DNA from: Alphaproteobacteria bacterium
GTDB lineage: Bacteria > Pseudomonadota > Alphaproteobacteria > UBA828
Length of the DNA: 64,000 nt
Direction of reading: 5' to 3'
NCBI GenBank assembly: GCA_963667785.2
Contig: CAXXMU010000002.1
Location: 768,001-832,000, forward strand
Positions 19,507-29,620 of the stretch are shown piece after piece. Numbering within the stretch: the stretch's first letter is position 1; each line of letters begins with the position of its first letter. The position numbers and the translations under genes were made by a program. The notes below the pieces were generated by a model. It worked only from the letters and a program-made list of their open reading frames with translations. It was not told where the DNA came from and ran no database searches.

Positions 19507-21867
19507 TCAACTGCTCCCCTCGCTCGCCACCTTGGTCGCTCCGCCCGTCCCCTTTCTTCTATCGAGAATCATGAGCAACGGCGGGAGGAACAGGAAGTCC
19601 GCCAGGAGAGCGATGATGACCGTCGTTCCCGCCAGCAGACCGAGCGCCTGGTTGTTCGCCATCCCCGATGCGCCGAACACCATGAAACCCAGCGCGAACA
19701 CGACGGTCGTCGCCAGCAGCGCCTTGCCGACCGTGCCGAAGGCGGACTGGACGGACTCCTCCGGCGACTGCCCGCTCTTCCGGCCTCTCAGATACTTGGT
19801 CATGAAGTGAATCGTGTCGTCCACGATGATGCCGAACGCGATGGCGGTGACGACCGACGCCGAGACTCCGACCTGTCCCACCGCATACCCCCACAGCCCC
19901 ATCGCCATGGCGGCCGGAACGAAATTGGGTATCAGGCTGATCAGGCCGAAGCGCACGCTCCTGAAGATGAAGATCAGCAGCAACGAGACGATACCCATCG
20001 CCGTGATGGTGCCAATCAACATCTTCTCGATGTTTCTGTTGATCGAGTGCGCCCCGACGATCGTCATCCCGGCGGCGCCGGTTTCCAGACCGGGAGCATT
20101 CTGGCGCAGCCAGTCGCGCGCGCGCTCGTCGAGCTCCAGCTTCTGGTTGACGGAGAGCGCCTTCAGGACGACCGTCAGGCGGGTCGCCGACCGTTCGACG
20201 TCGATCAGGTTGTTGAGGTCCAGGCCCACCGGCAGAGAGAATTCGTAAAGCAGCAGGTATTGGGCGGCGAGCTCGGTGTCGTCCGGAATGCGGTAGAACT
20301 CCGGATCGTCGCCATTCAGATTCTTGTTCAGGCGCTTCACGATGTCGGTGACGCCGAAGACATGAGCGACTTCGGGCTGCGCCCGGTACCACTCCGCGAA
20401 CGCGTCGACCTGCTTCAGATAGCCGACATCCGTGATGCCGCCCTCTTGCCCGGACTCGAGCGAGTACTCGAACGGCTCCAGGCCGGAGAAATTGTCGCTC
20501 ACGAAATCCGTGGCTCGCCGGAACTCGTAGCTTTCGCTGAGAAGCTCGAGGTGATTGTCGTCGAGTTCGATGCGCGAGATGCCGGCAACCAGCGCCACGA
20601 CGAGGACGCCGAAGGCAGCCAGCATGACAATGCGGCGGGACACGACGAAGCGCCCGAAACGCTCGAAGAAGCGGTCGAAATAATCGGTCTTCCCGGCCTT
20701 GGCGGGCCGGACGCGCAGGGGCATGAGAGACAGGAAAGCCGGCAGGAGCGTCACCGAAAAGACGAAGGCGGACAGCGAGCCGAAGGCGACGATATTGCCC
20801 ATGACCCGAAACGGCGGCATCTCGGAGAAGTTCAGGCTGAGGAATCCGATTGCCGTCGTGATCGACGTCAGGAATACGGGCCACACGTTGAGCTTCAGAG
20901 AGTGGATCGCCGCCTGTCTGCGGTCCATTCCCTGGCGCAGGCCCGCCAGCATTCCCTCTATGATGTGCACGCAATGTGCGACCGTGATCGCCATCAGGAC
21001 GAACAGCGCCGCCCCGCTCTCGCCGTAGAACTTCATGCCGGCCCAGCCGCCGAAGCCCAACGCGGATATGACGATCGCAATGATCATCAGGATGATCGCG
21101 ACGATTCCCCAGACCGTGCGCAGCATGAGCAGGGCGACGAGCAGCATGACCCCGAGCGCGATGGGGCCGAGCAGGCCCATGTCCTCGTTGAGCGCGTCGC
21201 GAACCGCGCGATTGAGCAGGACTTCGCCGGTCAGGTAATACCCGTGGGTCGGATGCTTCGTTCGCGCCTCGGCGGTGGCGGCGTTGAGGTAGTCGACGAC
21301 GTCCAGCTTGGCCTGCTCCCGCTCCTCGTCGGGGATCGCCGCGCTGACGATCAGCCCGGCAACGCGACCGTCCCGGGAAATCAGACGCCCGGCAATTTCC
21401 TCGGTACCGAGCGCGATACTCTCGATCCGCTCTATGTCGTCGTCAGTCAGCGCAGCGGCGTCGTCGATAAGCGGATCGACGATCAGCTCGTCCTCGAGGC
21501 CTTCGCTATGCGAGTAATTCGTCAGTGAATCGACGCGGATGACGTAAGGCGTGCGCCACAGCGCCTCGGTCAACTCTTCTATGGCAGCAAGCGATTCCTG
21601 CGTGAAGACGGTACCGCTCTTCGGCGCTACGGCAACCAGCATGGTGTCGGAGATGGCGTAGGTGCCTTCCAGTTGCTCGAGCGCGACAAGATTCGGGTCG
21701 TCTTTACTGAAATGATTGCGAGAATCGACGTCGACGTTGACGAGGTTCTGGGCACCTGCGGCGAGCAACAGCACGACGATCACGGAGAGCAAAATGGTCA
21801 GCCACCGGCGACGCATAATGTGCGCTATGGAGGAGTCCAAATCGATGCCGGAGGGGAGGTACTTCAT
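19507..21867 (-). CDS. MMPL/RND-family transporter (COG1033-like)
   Basis: 786 aa with two repeats of 1 TM + periplasmic domain + 5 TM. PVFLTSITTAIGFLSL, ISLIPNFVP and GIIVDDTIHF. Confidence 0.9.
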   Translation of the reverse strand: MKYLPSGIDLDSSIAHIMRRRWLTILLSVIVVLLLAAGAQNLVNVDVDSRNHFSKDDPNLVALEQLEGTYAISDTMLVAVAPKSGTVFTQESLAAIEELTEALWRTPYVIRVDSLTNYSHSEGLEDELIVDPLIDDAAALTDDDIERIESIALGTEEIAGRLISRDGRVAGLIVSAAIPDEEREQAKLDVVDYLNAATAEARTKHPTHGYYLTGEVLLNRAVRDALNEDMGLLGPIALGVMLLVALLMLRTVWGIVAIILMIIAIVISALGFGGWAGMKFYGESGAALFVLMAITVAHCVHIIEGMLAGLRQGMDRRQAAIHSLKLNVWPVFLTSITTAIGFLSLNFSEMPPFRVMGNIVAFGSLSAFVFSVTLLPAFLSLMPLRVRPAKAGKTDYFDRFFERFGRFVVSRRIVMLAAFGVLVVALVAGISRIELDDNHLELLSESYEFRRATDFVSDNFSGLEPFEYSLESGQEGGITDVGYLKQVDAFAEWYRAQPEVAHVFGVTDIVKRLNKNLNGDDPEFYRIPDDTELAAQYLLLYEFSLPVGLDLNNLIDVERSATRLTVVLKALSVNQKLELDERARDWLRQNAPGLETGAAGMTIVGAHSINRNIEKMLIGTITAMGIVSLLLIFIFRSVRFGLISLIPNFVPAAMAMGLWGYAVGQVGVSASVVTAIAFGIIVDDTIHFMTKYLRGRKSGQSPEESVQSAFGTVGKALLATTVVFALGFMVFGASGMANNQALGLLAGTTVIIALLADFLFLPPLLMILDRRKGTGGATKVASEGSS

Positions 21868-22194
21868 GAATGGTGCGTCGTCAGATGTCAGTCGGGGAGT
21901 GGCTCTGACACGGTTCCCGCTCGCCGCTCAATGCAGCCGGAAGCCGTGTGGCGACGTCCAGAATCGGGAGCATTTCCATGGCAGTATCACAGCCTCCCGA
22001 TCCCTTGTCCATCGCTCTCTCGGGCGAACCCGCCCGCCTTGCGGCGGCTGCGCGGGCGCGCGACCGCGATCCACGCACGCTCGCCGCGGTTGGCGACGTG
22101 TTGCGCGCTCACTACATAATCCGGTATGGCGTGGACGGGGTTCGATGCCCCGCGACCATATGCCGCCCTGCACTCCGGGCCGACGGTCCTTGCC

Positions 22195-23280
22195 ATGCAG
22201 ATGCATCTTCATCGACAGAGTGTCCCGCAAGACGTGGAAGAGAATCTGATCGCGGGCGGTGACGATCCCTCCCTCTTCCCGTTTCCCGAAGGGTGGTACT
22301 TCGTTGCCGACCGCCGCTCGTTAGCGAAGGGCGAACTGATCGAAAAGCAGTGGATGGGGCAGGACATCGTCGTCTGGTGCAACGACGAGGGAGCCGTCTG
22401 CGTCGCCCGGTCGCTCTGCCCTCACCTGGGATCCTCCCTGGGCCCCGCCGCCGGCGGGCGCGTGCGCGACGGCCGACTGGTCTGTCCCTTTCACGGCTTC
22501 ACCTACGACGCGACCGGCGCCTGCGTCGCGACTCCCTATGCGCCGCCCCCCAAGGGCACGAGACTGAGCGTCTTCCCCACGCGGGAGATTCTCGGCCTCG
22601 TCTTCGCCTGGTGGGGCATCGACGGACGCCCGCCGCAATGGGACCTGCCCGAAGAGCCGGCGGCAGGAGACGAGTGGAGCGACCTTGAAATCGAGACCCT
22701 CCGGTTTCCTGGCCACCCTCAGGAGACGACGGAGAACTCGGTGGACCTGGCCCACCTGCGCTACGTGCACGGCTACGACAACGTGAAACCCGTCGGATCG
22801 GCGACGGTGGAGGGCGCACGTCTCGTGAGCTGCTTCGACTTCAGGCGTCGCACGCGCATCGCCGGAGTCATCGACCTCGTCTTCGACGTGTCGGCCGCCA
22901 CCTACGTCCACGGGCTGGGCTACTCGTTCGTCGACATCCGTGAGCACACCGTCGGCATGGAGACCCGCCTGTGGGTTCTGACCACGCCGGTCGACGGCAC
23001 GCTCGTCGACCTCGTTCTGGTCTCGCAGGCTCGCATGCTGCGAAAGCCCAAGCGTTTCGTCGCCGGCCTCGGATTCCTGCCGGTGAAGGTGCGCACCGGG
23101 ATCATGAACAGGTTTCTGCTTTCCATACAGAAGCAGGACGTTCTCCAGGACGTCGTGATCTGGGGGAAGAAGAGCTACCGGCCCCATCCAAGCCTCTGCG
23201 GCTCCGACGGTCCCATCGGCAGGTACCGGCGCTACTGCAGGCAGTTCTATCCGCGTGGCGACGATGGCGGACGCAGCTAG
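22195..23280 (+). CDS. Rieske non-heme iron oxygenase, KshA/Neverland (steroid 9-alpha-hydroxylase/cholesterol 7-desaturase)-like
   Basis: FPEGWY, Rieske CPHLG...CPFHGF, mononuclear Fe motif ENSVDLAHLRYVH, and C-terminal QDVVIW.KK.Y...P.L...DGPI..YRRYCRQFY. The start is uncertain (22126-22234). Confidence 0.85.
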   Translation: MQMHLHRQSVPQDVEENLIAGGDDPSLFPFPEGWYFVADRRSLAKGELIEKQWMGQDIVVWCNDEGAVCVARSLCPHLGSSLGPAAGGRVRDGRLVCPFHGFTYDATGACVATPYAPPPKGTRLSVFPTREILGLVFAWWGIDGRPPQWDLPEEPAAGDEWSDLEIETLRFPGHPQETTENSVDLAHLRYVHGYDNVKPVGSATVEGARLVSCFDFRRRTRIAGVIDLVFDVSAATYVHGLGYSFVDIREHTVGMETRLWVLTTPVDGTLVDLVLVSQARMLRKPKRFVAGLGFLPVKVRTGIMNRFLLSIQKQDVLQDVVIWGKKSYRPHPSLCGSDGPIGRYRRYCRQFYPRGDDGGRS

Positions 23281-23342
23281 GGTCGAGGCCCGCGAGGCCG
23301 CGGCGCTCGATGCGTCGCCCGCGTGCCTGCGGTGAGCGCTCC

Positions 23343-24221
23343 ATGAACGTTTCGACCGGCATCCCGATCCTCCCCCGCCTCGCCCCGCTGATGGCGGACT
23401 ACGACGGCTGCATCCTCGACGTATGGGGGGTGATGCATCAGGGAGGGCCGGCCTATCCCGAGGCGCTCGATTGCCTCCGCCATCTGCGCGCGGCGGGCAA
23501 GCGGGTGGTGTTCGTCTCCAACGCGCCCAGGCTCGCGGCCCAGGTCGAGTCCGTTCTCGGCGGGAAGGGGATCGAAGCGGCGCTGTACGATGCCGTCGTC
23601 GCCTCCGGCGACGCCGCGCGTCAGGCTCTCGCCGACCGCACACGCCCTCCGTTCGACGGACTCGGGCGCCGCTACCGTCTGCTCGGGCCGCCCGGCTCCG
23701 ACGACGTGCTCGACGGTCTCGGCTACGCTGCCGCCGACATCGACGGGGCGGACTTCCTGCTCGGCATCGGTCTCGACGATGGGCGCGAGACGGTCGAGGA
23801 TCACGAGCCGATCCTGCAGGCGGCCGTTGCCCGCGATCTCCCCATGATCTGCGTCAATCCCGACCTGCTGGTGATCCGGCTGGGCGTTCAGGAGCCCTGC
23901 GCCGGCGCGCTCGCCGCCCGCTACGAGGCGCTCGGCGGCAGCGTGCGCTATTTCGGCAAGCCTCATCCCGAAGTCTACGACCTGGCGCTGGCGGCGCTCG
24001 GTCTCGCGCCCCGGCGCGTGCTCGCCGTCGGCGACGGGCTCGCCACCGATATCGCCGGCGCCGCCGCTGCGGGCCTCGCTTCGCTCCTGGTCACCGGCGG
24101 CCTGCTCGCCGACTCGCTCGGCCTCGCCCCCGGCGAGCCGCCGGGCGCCCAGGCCCTGGAGGATGCCTGCCGGGCTGCCGGCGTCAGGCCTAGCGCCGCC
24201 CTCGCGGCTTTCGTCTGGTAA
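23343..24221 (+). CDS. HAD-superfamily hydrolase, subfamily IIA (TIGR01459-like)
   Basis: ILDVWGVMH, SNAPR, MICVNPD, FGKPHP and AVGDGLATDI. Confidence 0.9.
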   Translation: MNVSTGIPILPRLAPLMADYDGCILDVWGVMHQGGPAYPEALDCLRHLRAAGKRVVFVSNAPRLAAQVESVLGGKGIEAALYDAVVASGDAARQALADRTRPPFDGLGRRYRLLGPPGSDDVLDGLGYAAADIDGADFLLGIGLDDGRETVEDHEPILQAAVARDLPMICVNPDLLVIRLGVQEPCAGALAARYEALGGSVRYFGKPHPEVYDLALAALGLAPRRVLAVGDGLATDIAGAAAAGLASLLVTGGLLADSLGLAPGEPPGAQALEDACRAAGVRPSAALAAFVW

Positions 24222-24280
24222 TGGCACCCTCAAGATAAAGTTATTGGCGCGTGTGCGGCGCGCCCCCAATAGTCCTTCAT

Positions 24281-25516
24281 ATGAGCACGGCCACGACAGC
24301 GGCAGCCAGCCTTCCGCGCGCGCGCCCGCAAGCTGCGGTCGCAGTTGGCGCCGGCGTGCTGGTCCTCGCCTGCACGCTCGCGCTCGGCATCGCGGTGGAC
24401 GGCAGGCTCGCCGCGCTGCTCGTCGTCGGCGGGCTCGCGGGGCTCGCCCTGCACCACGCGCTGTTCGGCTTTGCGTCCTCGACCCGGCGGTTTCTGGTCG
24501 AGCGGCGCGGCGTCGGAATCCGCGCGCAGCTCCTGATGCTGGCCGCGGCCAGCATCGCCTTCGCCCCGCTGCTGGCGGGCGGCAGCGCCTTCGGCCAGGG
24601 GCTCTCGGGCGCGCTCGCGCCGGTGGGAGTCTCGGTTGCCATCGGCGCCTTCCTCTTCGGCGTCGGCATGCAGCTCGGCGGCGGCTGCGCCTCCGGGACG
24701 CTCACGGGCGCAGGTGCGGGCAGCCTCCGCATGGCGATCACGCTGGGTGCCTTCATCGCCGGCTCCGTGCTGGCCACGGCGCACATGCCCTGGTGGCTCG
24801 ACCAACCCGCGCTTGCCGCCCTCTCGATCCCGCAGACCCTGGGCTGGCCGGCCGGCCTCGCGGTCCAGCTCGCCGCCATCGGCCTGCTGGCGCTCGGCGC
24901 CATCACCCTGGAGCGCCGCCGCCACGGCGGCCACGAGCCGCTCGTGTGGGGTGCCGGCACGGACTGGCGGATACACCTCCTGCACGGCGGCTGGCCGCTG
25001 GCCTGGGGCGCGCTGGCGCTCGCGCTGCTCAATCTCGCGACGCTGCTCATCGCCGGCCACCCGTGGAGCGTCACCTGGGGCTTCACACTGTGGGGCGCCG
25101 CGCTGGCCGATGCGCTCGGCTTCGCCATCGCCGACTGGGCCTTCTGGCAGTGGCCACGGCCGGCGCGCGCGCTCGAGGCCGGCGTCGCGCAGGACACGGT
25201 GTCGGTGATGAACGTGGGCCTGATCCTCGGCGCGCTGCTGGGCGCCGCGCTGGCCGGGCGCTTCGCGACCCGGCGCCGGCTCGGCGCAGGCGCGGTGGCG
25301 AGCGCCGTGATCGGCGGCCTCCTGCTCGGCTACGGCGCCAGGCTCGCCTTCGGCTGCAACATCGGCGCCCTCTTCAGCGGCATCGCATCGGGCAGCGTGC
25401 ACGGCTGGCTCTGGCTGCTGGCCGTGCTCCCCGGCGCGGCACTCGGAGCGCGGCTGCGCCCCCTCTTCGGCCTCGACAGCGGCGCGGCGCGTGTCGCCGC
25501 AGGAACCAACCCTTGA
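24281..25516 (+). CDS. YeeE/YedE-family sulfur compound (thiosulfate) transporter
   Basis: FGFAS, GMQLGGGCASGTL, HPWSVTWG and GARLAFGCNIGA; highly hydrophobic. Confidence 0.88.
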   Translation: MSTATTAAASLPRARPQAAVAVGAGVLVLACTLALGIAVDGRLAALLVVGGLAGLALHHALFGFASSTRRFLVERRGVGIRAQLLMLAAASIAFAPLLAGGSAFGQGLSGALAPVGVSVAIGAFLFGVGMQLGGGCASGTLTGAGAGSLRMAITLGAFIAGSVLATAHMPWWLDQPALAALSIPQTLGWPAGLAVQLAAIGLLALGAITLERRRHGGHEPLVWGAGTDWRIHLLHGGWPLAWGALALALLNLATLLIAGHPWSVTWGFTLWGAALADALGFAIADWAFWQWPRPARALEAGVAQDTVSVMNVGLILGALLGAALAGRFATRRRLGAGAVASAVIGGLLLGYGARLAFGCNIGALFSGIASGSVHGWLWLLAVLPGAALGARLRPLFGLDSGAARVAAGTNP

Positions 25517-25518
25517 GC

Positions 25519-25572
25519 ATGACCACGGGCACGACCATGAATACGACCATGAGCACGACCATGAGCACGACT
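25519..25572 (+). repeat. 12-bp tandem repeat (consensus ATGAGCACGACC) at the start of the TVP38 gene
   Basis: ATGACCACGGGCACGACC ATGAATACGACC ATGAGCACGACC ATGAGCACGACT. Confidence 0.8.
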
Positions 25573-26316
25573 CCCTCTCCCTCCCGCCTGCAGCGCCTGC
25601 GCAAGGCGCTGCCGCGCCTCCTGCTGCTCGCCGCGGTCGTGGCGGGCATCGTCGTCGCGGTGCTGAACAGCGCGAGCCTCGATTCGGCGGCGCTCGAGGC
25701 CTGGATCACCCAGTTCGGCCCGTGGGCGCCGATCGTCTTCTTCTTCGCCTACGTGCTGGCCACGGTGCTCTTCCTGCCGGGCCTGCTCTTCACGCTTGCG
25801 GCTGGCGCGCTCTTCGGCCCCTACGTCGGCACGCTCATCGCACTGATCGGGGCGACGGTGGGCGCGACCATCGCCTTCGTCATCGCCCGCTACGTGCTGG
25901 CCGACTGGATCGCCGCGCGCACGCCGGCCAGGGTGCAGCGGGTGATCGAGGGCGTCGAGGCCGAGGGCTGGCGCTTCGTCGCCATGACCCGGCTGATCCC
26001 CTTCATCCCCTTCAACGCGCTGAACTACGCGCTGGGGCTGACGCGCATCCGGCTCGTGTCCTACGCCCTCGCCTCGGTGGTCTTCATGGCGCCGGGCGCC
26101 GCGGCCTACGCCTATCTCGGTCATGCCGGGCGCTCGCTCGCGACCGGCGAGGGCGACATGGTTCAGAACGCCCTTCTCGGCCTCGCCGTGCTCGGCCTGA
26201 TCGGCTTCCTGCCGCGCCTCATCAAGCGCTTCGTGAAGGGACGGGCGACGACGCAGCAGCAGGCGGAGCCACCCGCGCCGGATGGAGCAGGCGAAGCGCC
26301 GCCACGCTCGCCGTGA
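25519..26316 (+). CDS. TVP38/TMEM64 (DedA/VTT) family membrane protein
   Basis: LFLPG..FTLAAGALFGP, RLIPFIPFNALNYALGLT. Four possible ATG starts lie in a 12-bp repeat. Confidence 0.88.
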   Translation: MTTGTTMNTTMSTTMSTTPSPSRLQRLRKALPRLLLLAAVVAGIVVAVLNSASLDSAALEAWITQFGPWAPIVFFFAYVLATVLFLPGLLFTLAAGALFGPYVGTLIALIGATVGATIAFVIARYVLADWIAARTPARVQRVIEGVEAEGWRFVAMTRLIPFIPFNALNYALGLTRIRLVSYALASVVFMAPGAAAYAYLGHAGRSLATGEGDMVQNALLGLAVLGLIGFLPRLIKRFVKGRATTQQQAEPPAPDGAGEAPPRSP

Positions 26317-27352
26317 ACACCGCCATCGCGCCGATCTGATGCGCGGCTCCCAGCGGCACCGGCACGAAGGCGAGCAGCGTCGCGATGCCGAGGCCGAACT
26401 GACACAGCACCGCGGCGGCCGCCGCGTGGAGCACGCCACGCAGCGTGCGGGTCGACGGCCAGCGTAGCGCGGCGGCCCAGATCACGAGCACGACGAGGGT
26501 GGTCAGCATCGCCAGCAGGCGGTGGTCGAGCTGAACCAGCGGCACGTTCTCGAAGAAGTTCCGCCACAGCGGCTCGATCAGGAAGATGTCAGGCGGAACG
26601 ATGGCGCCCGCCATCAGGGGAAAGGTGTTGTAGGCGAGACCCGCGTCGTTGCCGGCGACGAAGGCGCCGGAGAGGATGGTGAGGAAGAGCAGCGCCGTCG
26701 CCGTCCAGAGGGCGCCGCGCCAACGGCCCGGCCGTCGCAGGCTCCCGGTCGCGCCGCCCTGCGTCAACAAGCCGAGCGCCACCCAGAGCAGGCAGCCGTA
26801 GATCAGCACCGCGAGGCCGAGATGCGCGGCGAGGCGGTAGGGGCTCACGTCGGGGCGGTCCACCAGCCCGCTCTGCACCATGTACCAGCCGAGCAGCCCC
26901 TGGAGCCCGCCGAGGACGCCGATGGTGAACAGCTTGACGGCGAGGACGCGGTCGAAGGCGCGGCGGACCAGGAACCAGACGAAGGGCACCGCGAAGGCGA
27001 GGCCTACGATCCGGCCGAGCAGGCGATGCGCGTACTCGAGCCAGAAGATCTCCTTGAACCCCTCCAGGGTCATGCCCCGGTTGATCGCCTGGTACTCGGG
27101 GAAGCGCTTGTAGTCGGCGAAGAGCGCCTCCCACGCGTCCGTGCCGAAGGGCGGCACGATGCCGACCAGCGGGCGCCAGTCCACCATCGAGAGGCCGGCG
27201 TGATGGAGGCGGGTGATGCCGCCGAGCACCACCATCGCCAGCACCAGCCCGGCGAGCGCGAGCAGCCAGCAAGCGACGGCGCGGCGCTGCCGGACGACGG
27301 CATCGGACGCGGCGCCGTCGCGACGGACGGGCCGGAGGGCCGCGGCGTCCAC
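26222..27352 (-). CDS. ctaA: Heme A synthase COX15/CtaA
   Basis: GGITRL..AGLSMVDW, FWLEYAHRLLGR, QGLLGWYMVQSGL, VSPYRLAAHL and QLDHR. GTG start ~27352. Confidence 0.93.
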   Translation of the reverse strand: MDAAALRPVRRDGAASDAVVRQRRAVACWLLALAGLVLAMVVLGGITRLHHAGLSMVDWRPLVGIVPPFGTDAWEALFADYKRFPEYQAINRGMTLEGFKEIFWLEYAHRLLGRIVGLAFAVPFVWFLVRRAFDRVLAVKLFTIGVLGGLQGLLGWYMVQSGLVDRPDVSPYRLAAHLGLAVLIYGCLLWVALGLLTQGGATGSLRRPGRWRGALWTATALLFLTILSGAFVAGNDAGLAYNTFPLMAGAIVPPDIFLIEPLWRNFFENVPLVQLDHRLLAMLTTLVVLVIWAAALRWPSTRTLRGVLHAAAAAVLCQFGLGIATLLAFVPVPLGAAHQIGAMAVFTASVAALRLLHPARVAPPAAASSPVPSRSA

Positions 27353-27393
27353 GGGTGCTTCGGAAGAGGCCGGGGGCAGCGGCTGCGGGCGCG

Positions 27394-28689
27394 TCAGCCG
27401 CCTCGGCGCGCGGCGGTCCGGGCGTCGTCCCCCCGCCCGTCCGCGCTTCCAGCCCCGGCGCGGCGCGGGTAGCGGCTCGCCACGTAGTCGGCGACGATCT
27501 CCTGGAACTCCTCGGCGATGGTGGGGCCGCGCAGGGTCATCGCCTTCCTTCCGTCGATGAAGACCGGCGCCGCCGGCGCCTCGCCGGTGCCCGGCAGGCT
27601 GATGCCGATATCGGCGTGCTTGCTCTCGCCCGGGCCGTTGACGATGCAACCCATGACCGCGAGCTGCATGGTCTCGACCCCCTCGTAGGTCTCGCGCCAG
27701 ACGGGCATCTGCTGCCTGACATAGTCCTGGATCCGCTCGGCGAGCTCCTGGAACACGGTGCTCGTCGTGCGCCCGCAGCCGGGGCACGCGGCAACGAGGG
27801 GCACGAAGGAACGGAAGCCCATGGTCTGGAGGATCTCCTGGGCGACCACCACCTCCTGGGTGCGATCGCCGCCGGGCTCCGGCGTGAGCGAGATGCGGAT
27901 GGTGTCGCCGATGCCCCGCTGCAGCAGCACCGCGAGCGCCGCGGTGGACGCCACGATGCCCTTCGATCCCATTCCCGCCTCGGTGAGGCCGAGATGGAGC
28001 GCGTAGTCGCTGCGCCTGCCGAGCTCGCGGTAGACGGCGATCAGGTCCTGCACCTGGGAGACCTTGGCCGAGATCACGATCCTGTCGCGCGCGAGCCCGA
28101 TCTGTTCCGCGAGCGCGGCGCTACGAAGTCCCGATTCGACCAGCGCCTCGCGCATGACTCCCGCCGCATCCTTCGGCTCGGGCCGGGCCGCATTGGCGTC
28201 CATCAACTCCGCCAGCAGGTCCTGGTCGAGGCTGCCCCAGTTCACCCCGATGCGCACCGGCCGGTCGTACCGGATGGCGGCCTCGATCATGGTCTGGAAC
28301 TGGCGGTCGCGCTTCTCGCGAAAGCCCACGTTGCCCGGATTGATCCGGTACTTGGCGAGCGCCTCGGCGCAGGCCGGATGCTCGGTGAGGAGGCGATGGC
28401 CGTTGTAGTGGAAGTCGCCGACGAGCGGCACGGGGCAGCCTTCCGCCTCCAGCCGCTCGCGGATCCGGGGCACCGCGGCCGCCGCCTCCGGCGTGTTGAC
28501 GGTGATGCGGACGATCTCCGAGCCCGCGTCGGCGAGCGCTCTGACCTGCTCCGCCGTGGCGCGGGCGTCCTCGGTATCGGTATTGGTCATCGACTGGACG
28601 ACGACCGGCGCGCCGCCGCCGATCATGACGCCGCCGACCCTGACACCGACGCTCTCGCGCCGCCCCTCACCGGAGCCGTTCGCAGTCAT
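27394..28689 (-). CDS. ispG: 4-hydroxy-3-methylbut-2-en-1-yl diphosphate synthase
   Basis: [41 protein letters not shown] and [10 protein letters not shown]. Confidence 0.97.
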   Translation of the reverse strand: MTANGSGEGRRESVGVRVGGVMIGGGAPVVVQSMTNTDTEDARATAEQVRALADAGSEIVRITVNTPEAAAAVPRIRERLEAEGCPVPLVGDFHYNGHRLLTEHPACAEALAKYRINPGNVGFREKRDRQFQTMIEAAIRYDRPVRIGVNWGSLDQDLLAELMDANAARPEPKDAAGVMREALVESGLRSAALAEQIGLARDRIVISAKVSQVQDLIAVYRELGRRSDYALHLGLTEAGMGSKGIVASTAALAVLLQRGIGDTIRISLTPEPGGDRTQEVVVAQEILQTMGFRSFVPLVAACPGCGRTTSTVFQELAERIQDYVRQQMPVWRETYEGVETMQLAVMGCIVNGPGESKHADIGISLPGTGEAPAAPVFIDGRKAMTLRGPTIAEEFQEIVADYVASRYPRRAGAGSADGRGDDARTAARRGG

Positions 28690-28789
28690 CGTCGCTCCCT
28701 CAGCCGGCCGGGGACTCCATGGGCCGCTGTCTACCACAGCCCGCGCGGGCCAGCCACCGCCGCGGCATACGATTTGCGGCCCGCCGCCC

Positions 28790-29620
28790 CTACCCCAGCA
28801 CCTGCTCCTTCGCGCGGTGGAGGAAGGCGGTGGCGGACGCGATGGTCTTGTCCGGGCACTCGACCAGGTCGGCATGGCCGATGTCCTCGTAGACGATGGC
28901 CTCGCAGCCCGGCACGTTGTCCACGACCCACTGCGCGCCGGCGCCGTCCGGCCCCGTCACCATCGGGGTCAGCATGTCCTTGGCGGCGGTGATGACCAGC
29001 GTCGGGTTCCTGATCTTCCTGCAGTCCTCGCGCAGGTCCATCTCCTCCATGGCGATGCAGGCCTGGACCACGGTCTCCACCGCGTTCAGCCCGACGATGG
29101 TGCGCACCATCTCGATCAGCGGCGGGCCGTCGGGGCTGTCGAGATAGTCGGCGCCCACGGCCTGCGTCACCACGTGATCGGCGAACTCGGGACCGCAGCC
29201 CCAGGTCTGGGCCATGTGGCGCCAGGTGCGGAACATGATCCGGCGCATGCGATCGCACTTCGCAAACGCGCAGTCGCTCACCACGCCGATGCAGCGGTCG
29301 GGATGCTTGGCCGCGAACTTGAGCGCGATCATGCCGCCGGCCGAGGTGCCCATCACGTGGGCGCGGTCGATGCCGAGGGTATCGAGCAGCGCCGCCAGGT
29401 CGTCCGCCCAGATGTCGAGGTCGTACTTCATAAGCGGACGGTCGCTCTTGCCGTAGCCGCGCTGGTCGTAGCTGATGAGCTGGAAGGATTCCGCGAGCCC
29501 CTCCCACACCATCGCGAAGTTCTGGCGGCCGAAGAGCGAGCCGCCGATCAGCGCGAGCGGGTCGCCTTGTCCCATCAGCTCGTAGTAGATATTGATCCCG
29601 TTGGCTTCGACCTTCGGCAT
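28790..29620 (-). CDS. Alpha/beta hydrolase
   Basis: YDQRGYGKS, nucleophile elbow GTSAGG, acid KDMLTP and C-terminal GH; starts MPKVEANG. Confidence 0.88.
   Translation of the reverse strand: MPKVEANGINIYYELMGQGDPLALIGGSLFGRQNFAMVWEGLAESFQLISYDQRGYGKSDRPLMKYDLDIWADDLAALLDTLGIDRAHVMGTSAGGMIALKFAAKHPDRCIGVVSDCAFAKCDRMRRIMFRTWRHMAQTWGCGPEFADHVVTQAVGADYLDSPDGPPLIEMVRTIVGLNAVETVVQACIAMEEMDLREDCRKIRNPTLVITAAKDMLTPMVTGPDGAGAQWVVDNVPGCEAIVYEDIGHADLVECPDKTIASATAFLHRAKEQVLG

Noticed and set aside
21868-22194. Small ORFs in the RND/Rieske divergent spacer
   Set aside because: Mutually overlapping, with no RBS or motif support; more likely promoter DNA.
13722-23280. Calling the island an active mobile element or a classical BGC
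   Set aside because: No integrase, transposase, att repeats or scaffold-building enzyme (PKS/NRPS/terpene cyclase) is visible.
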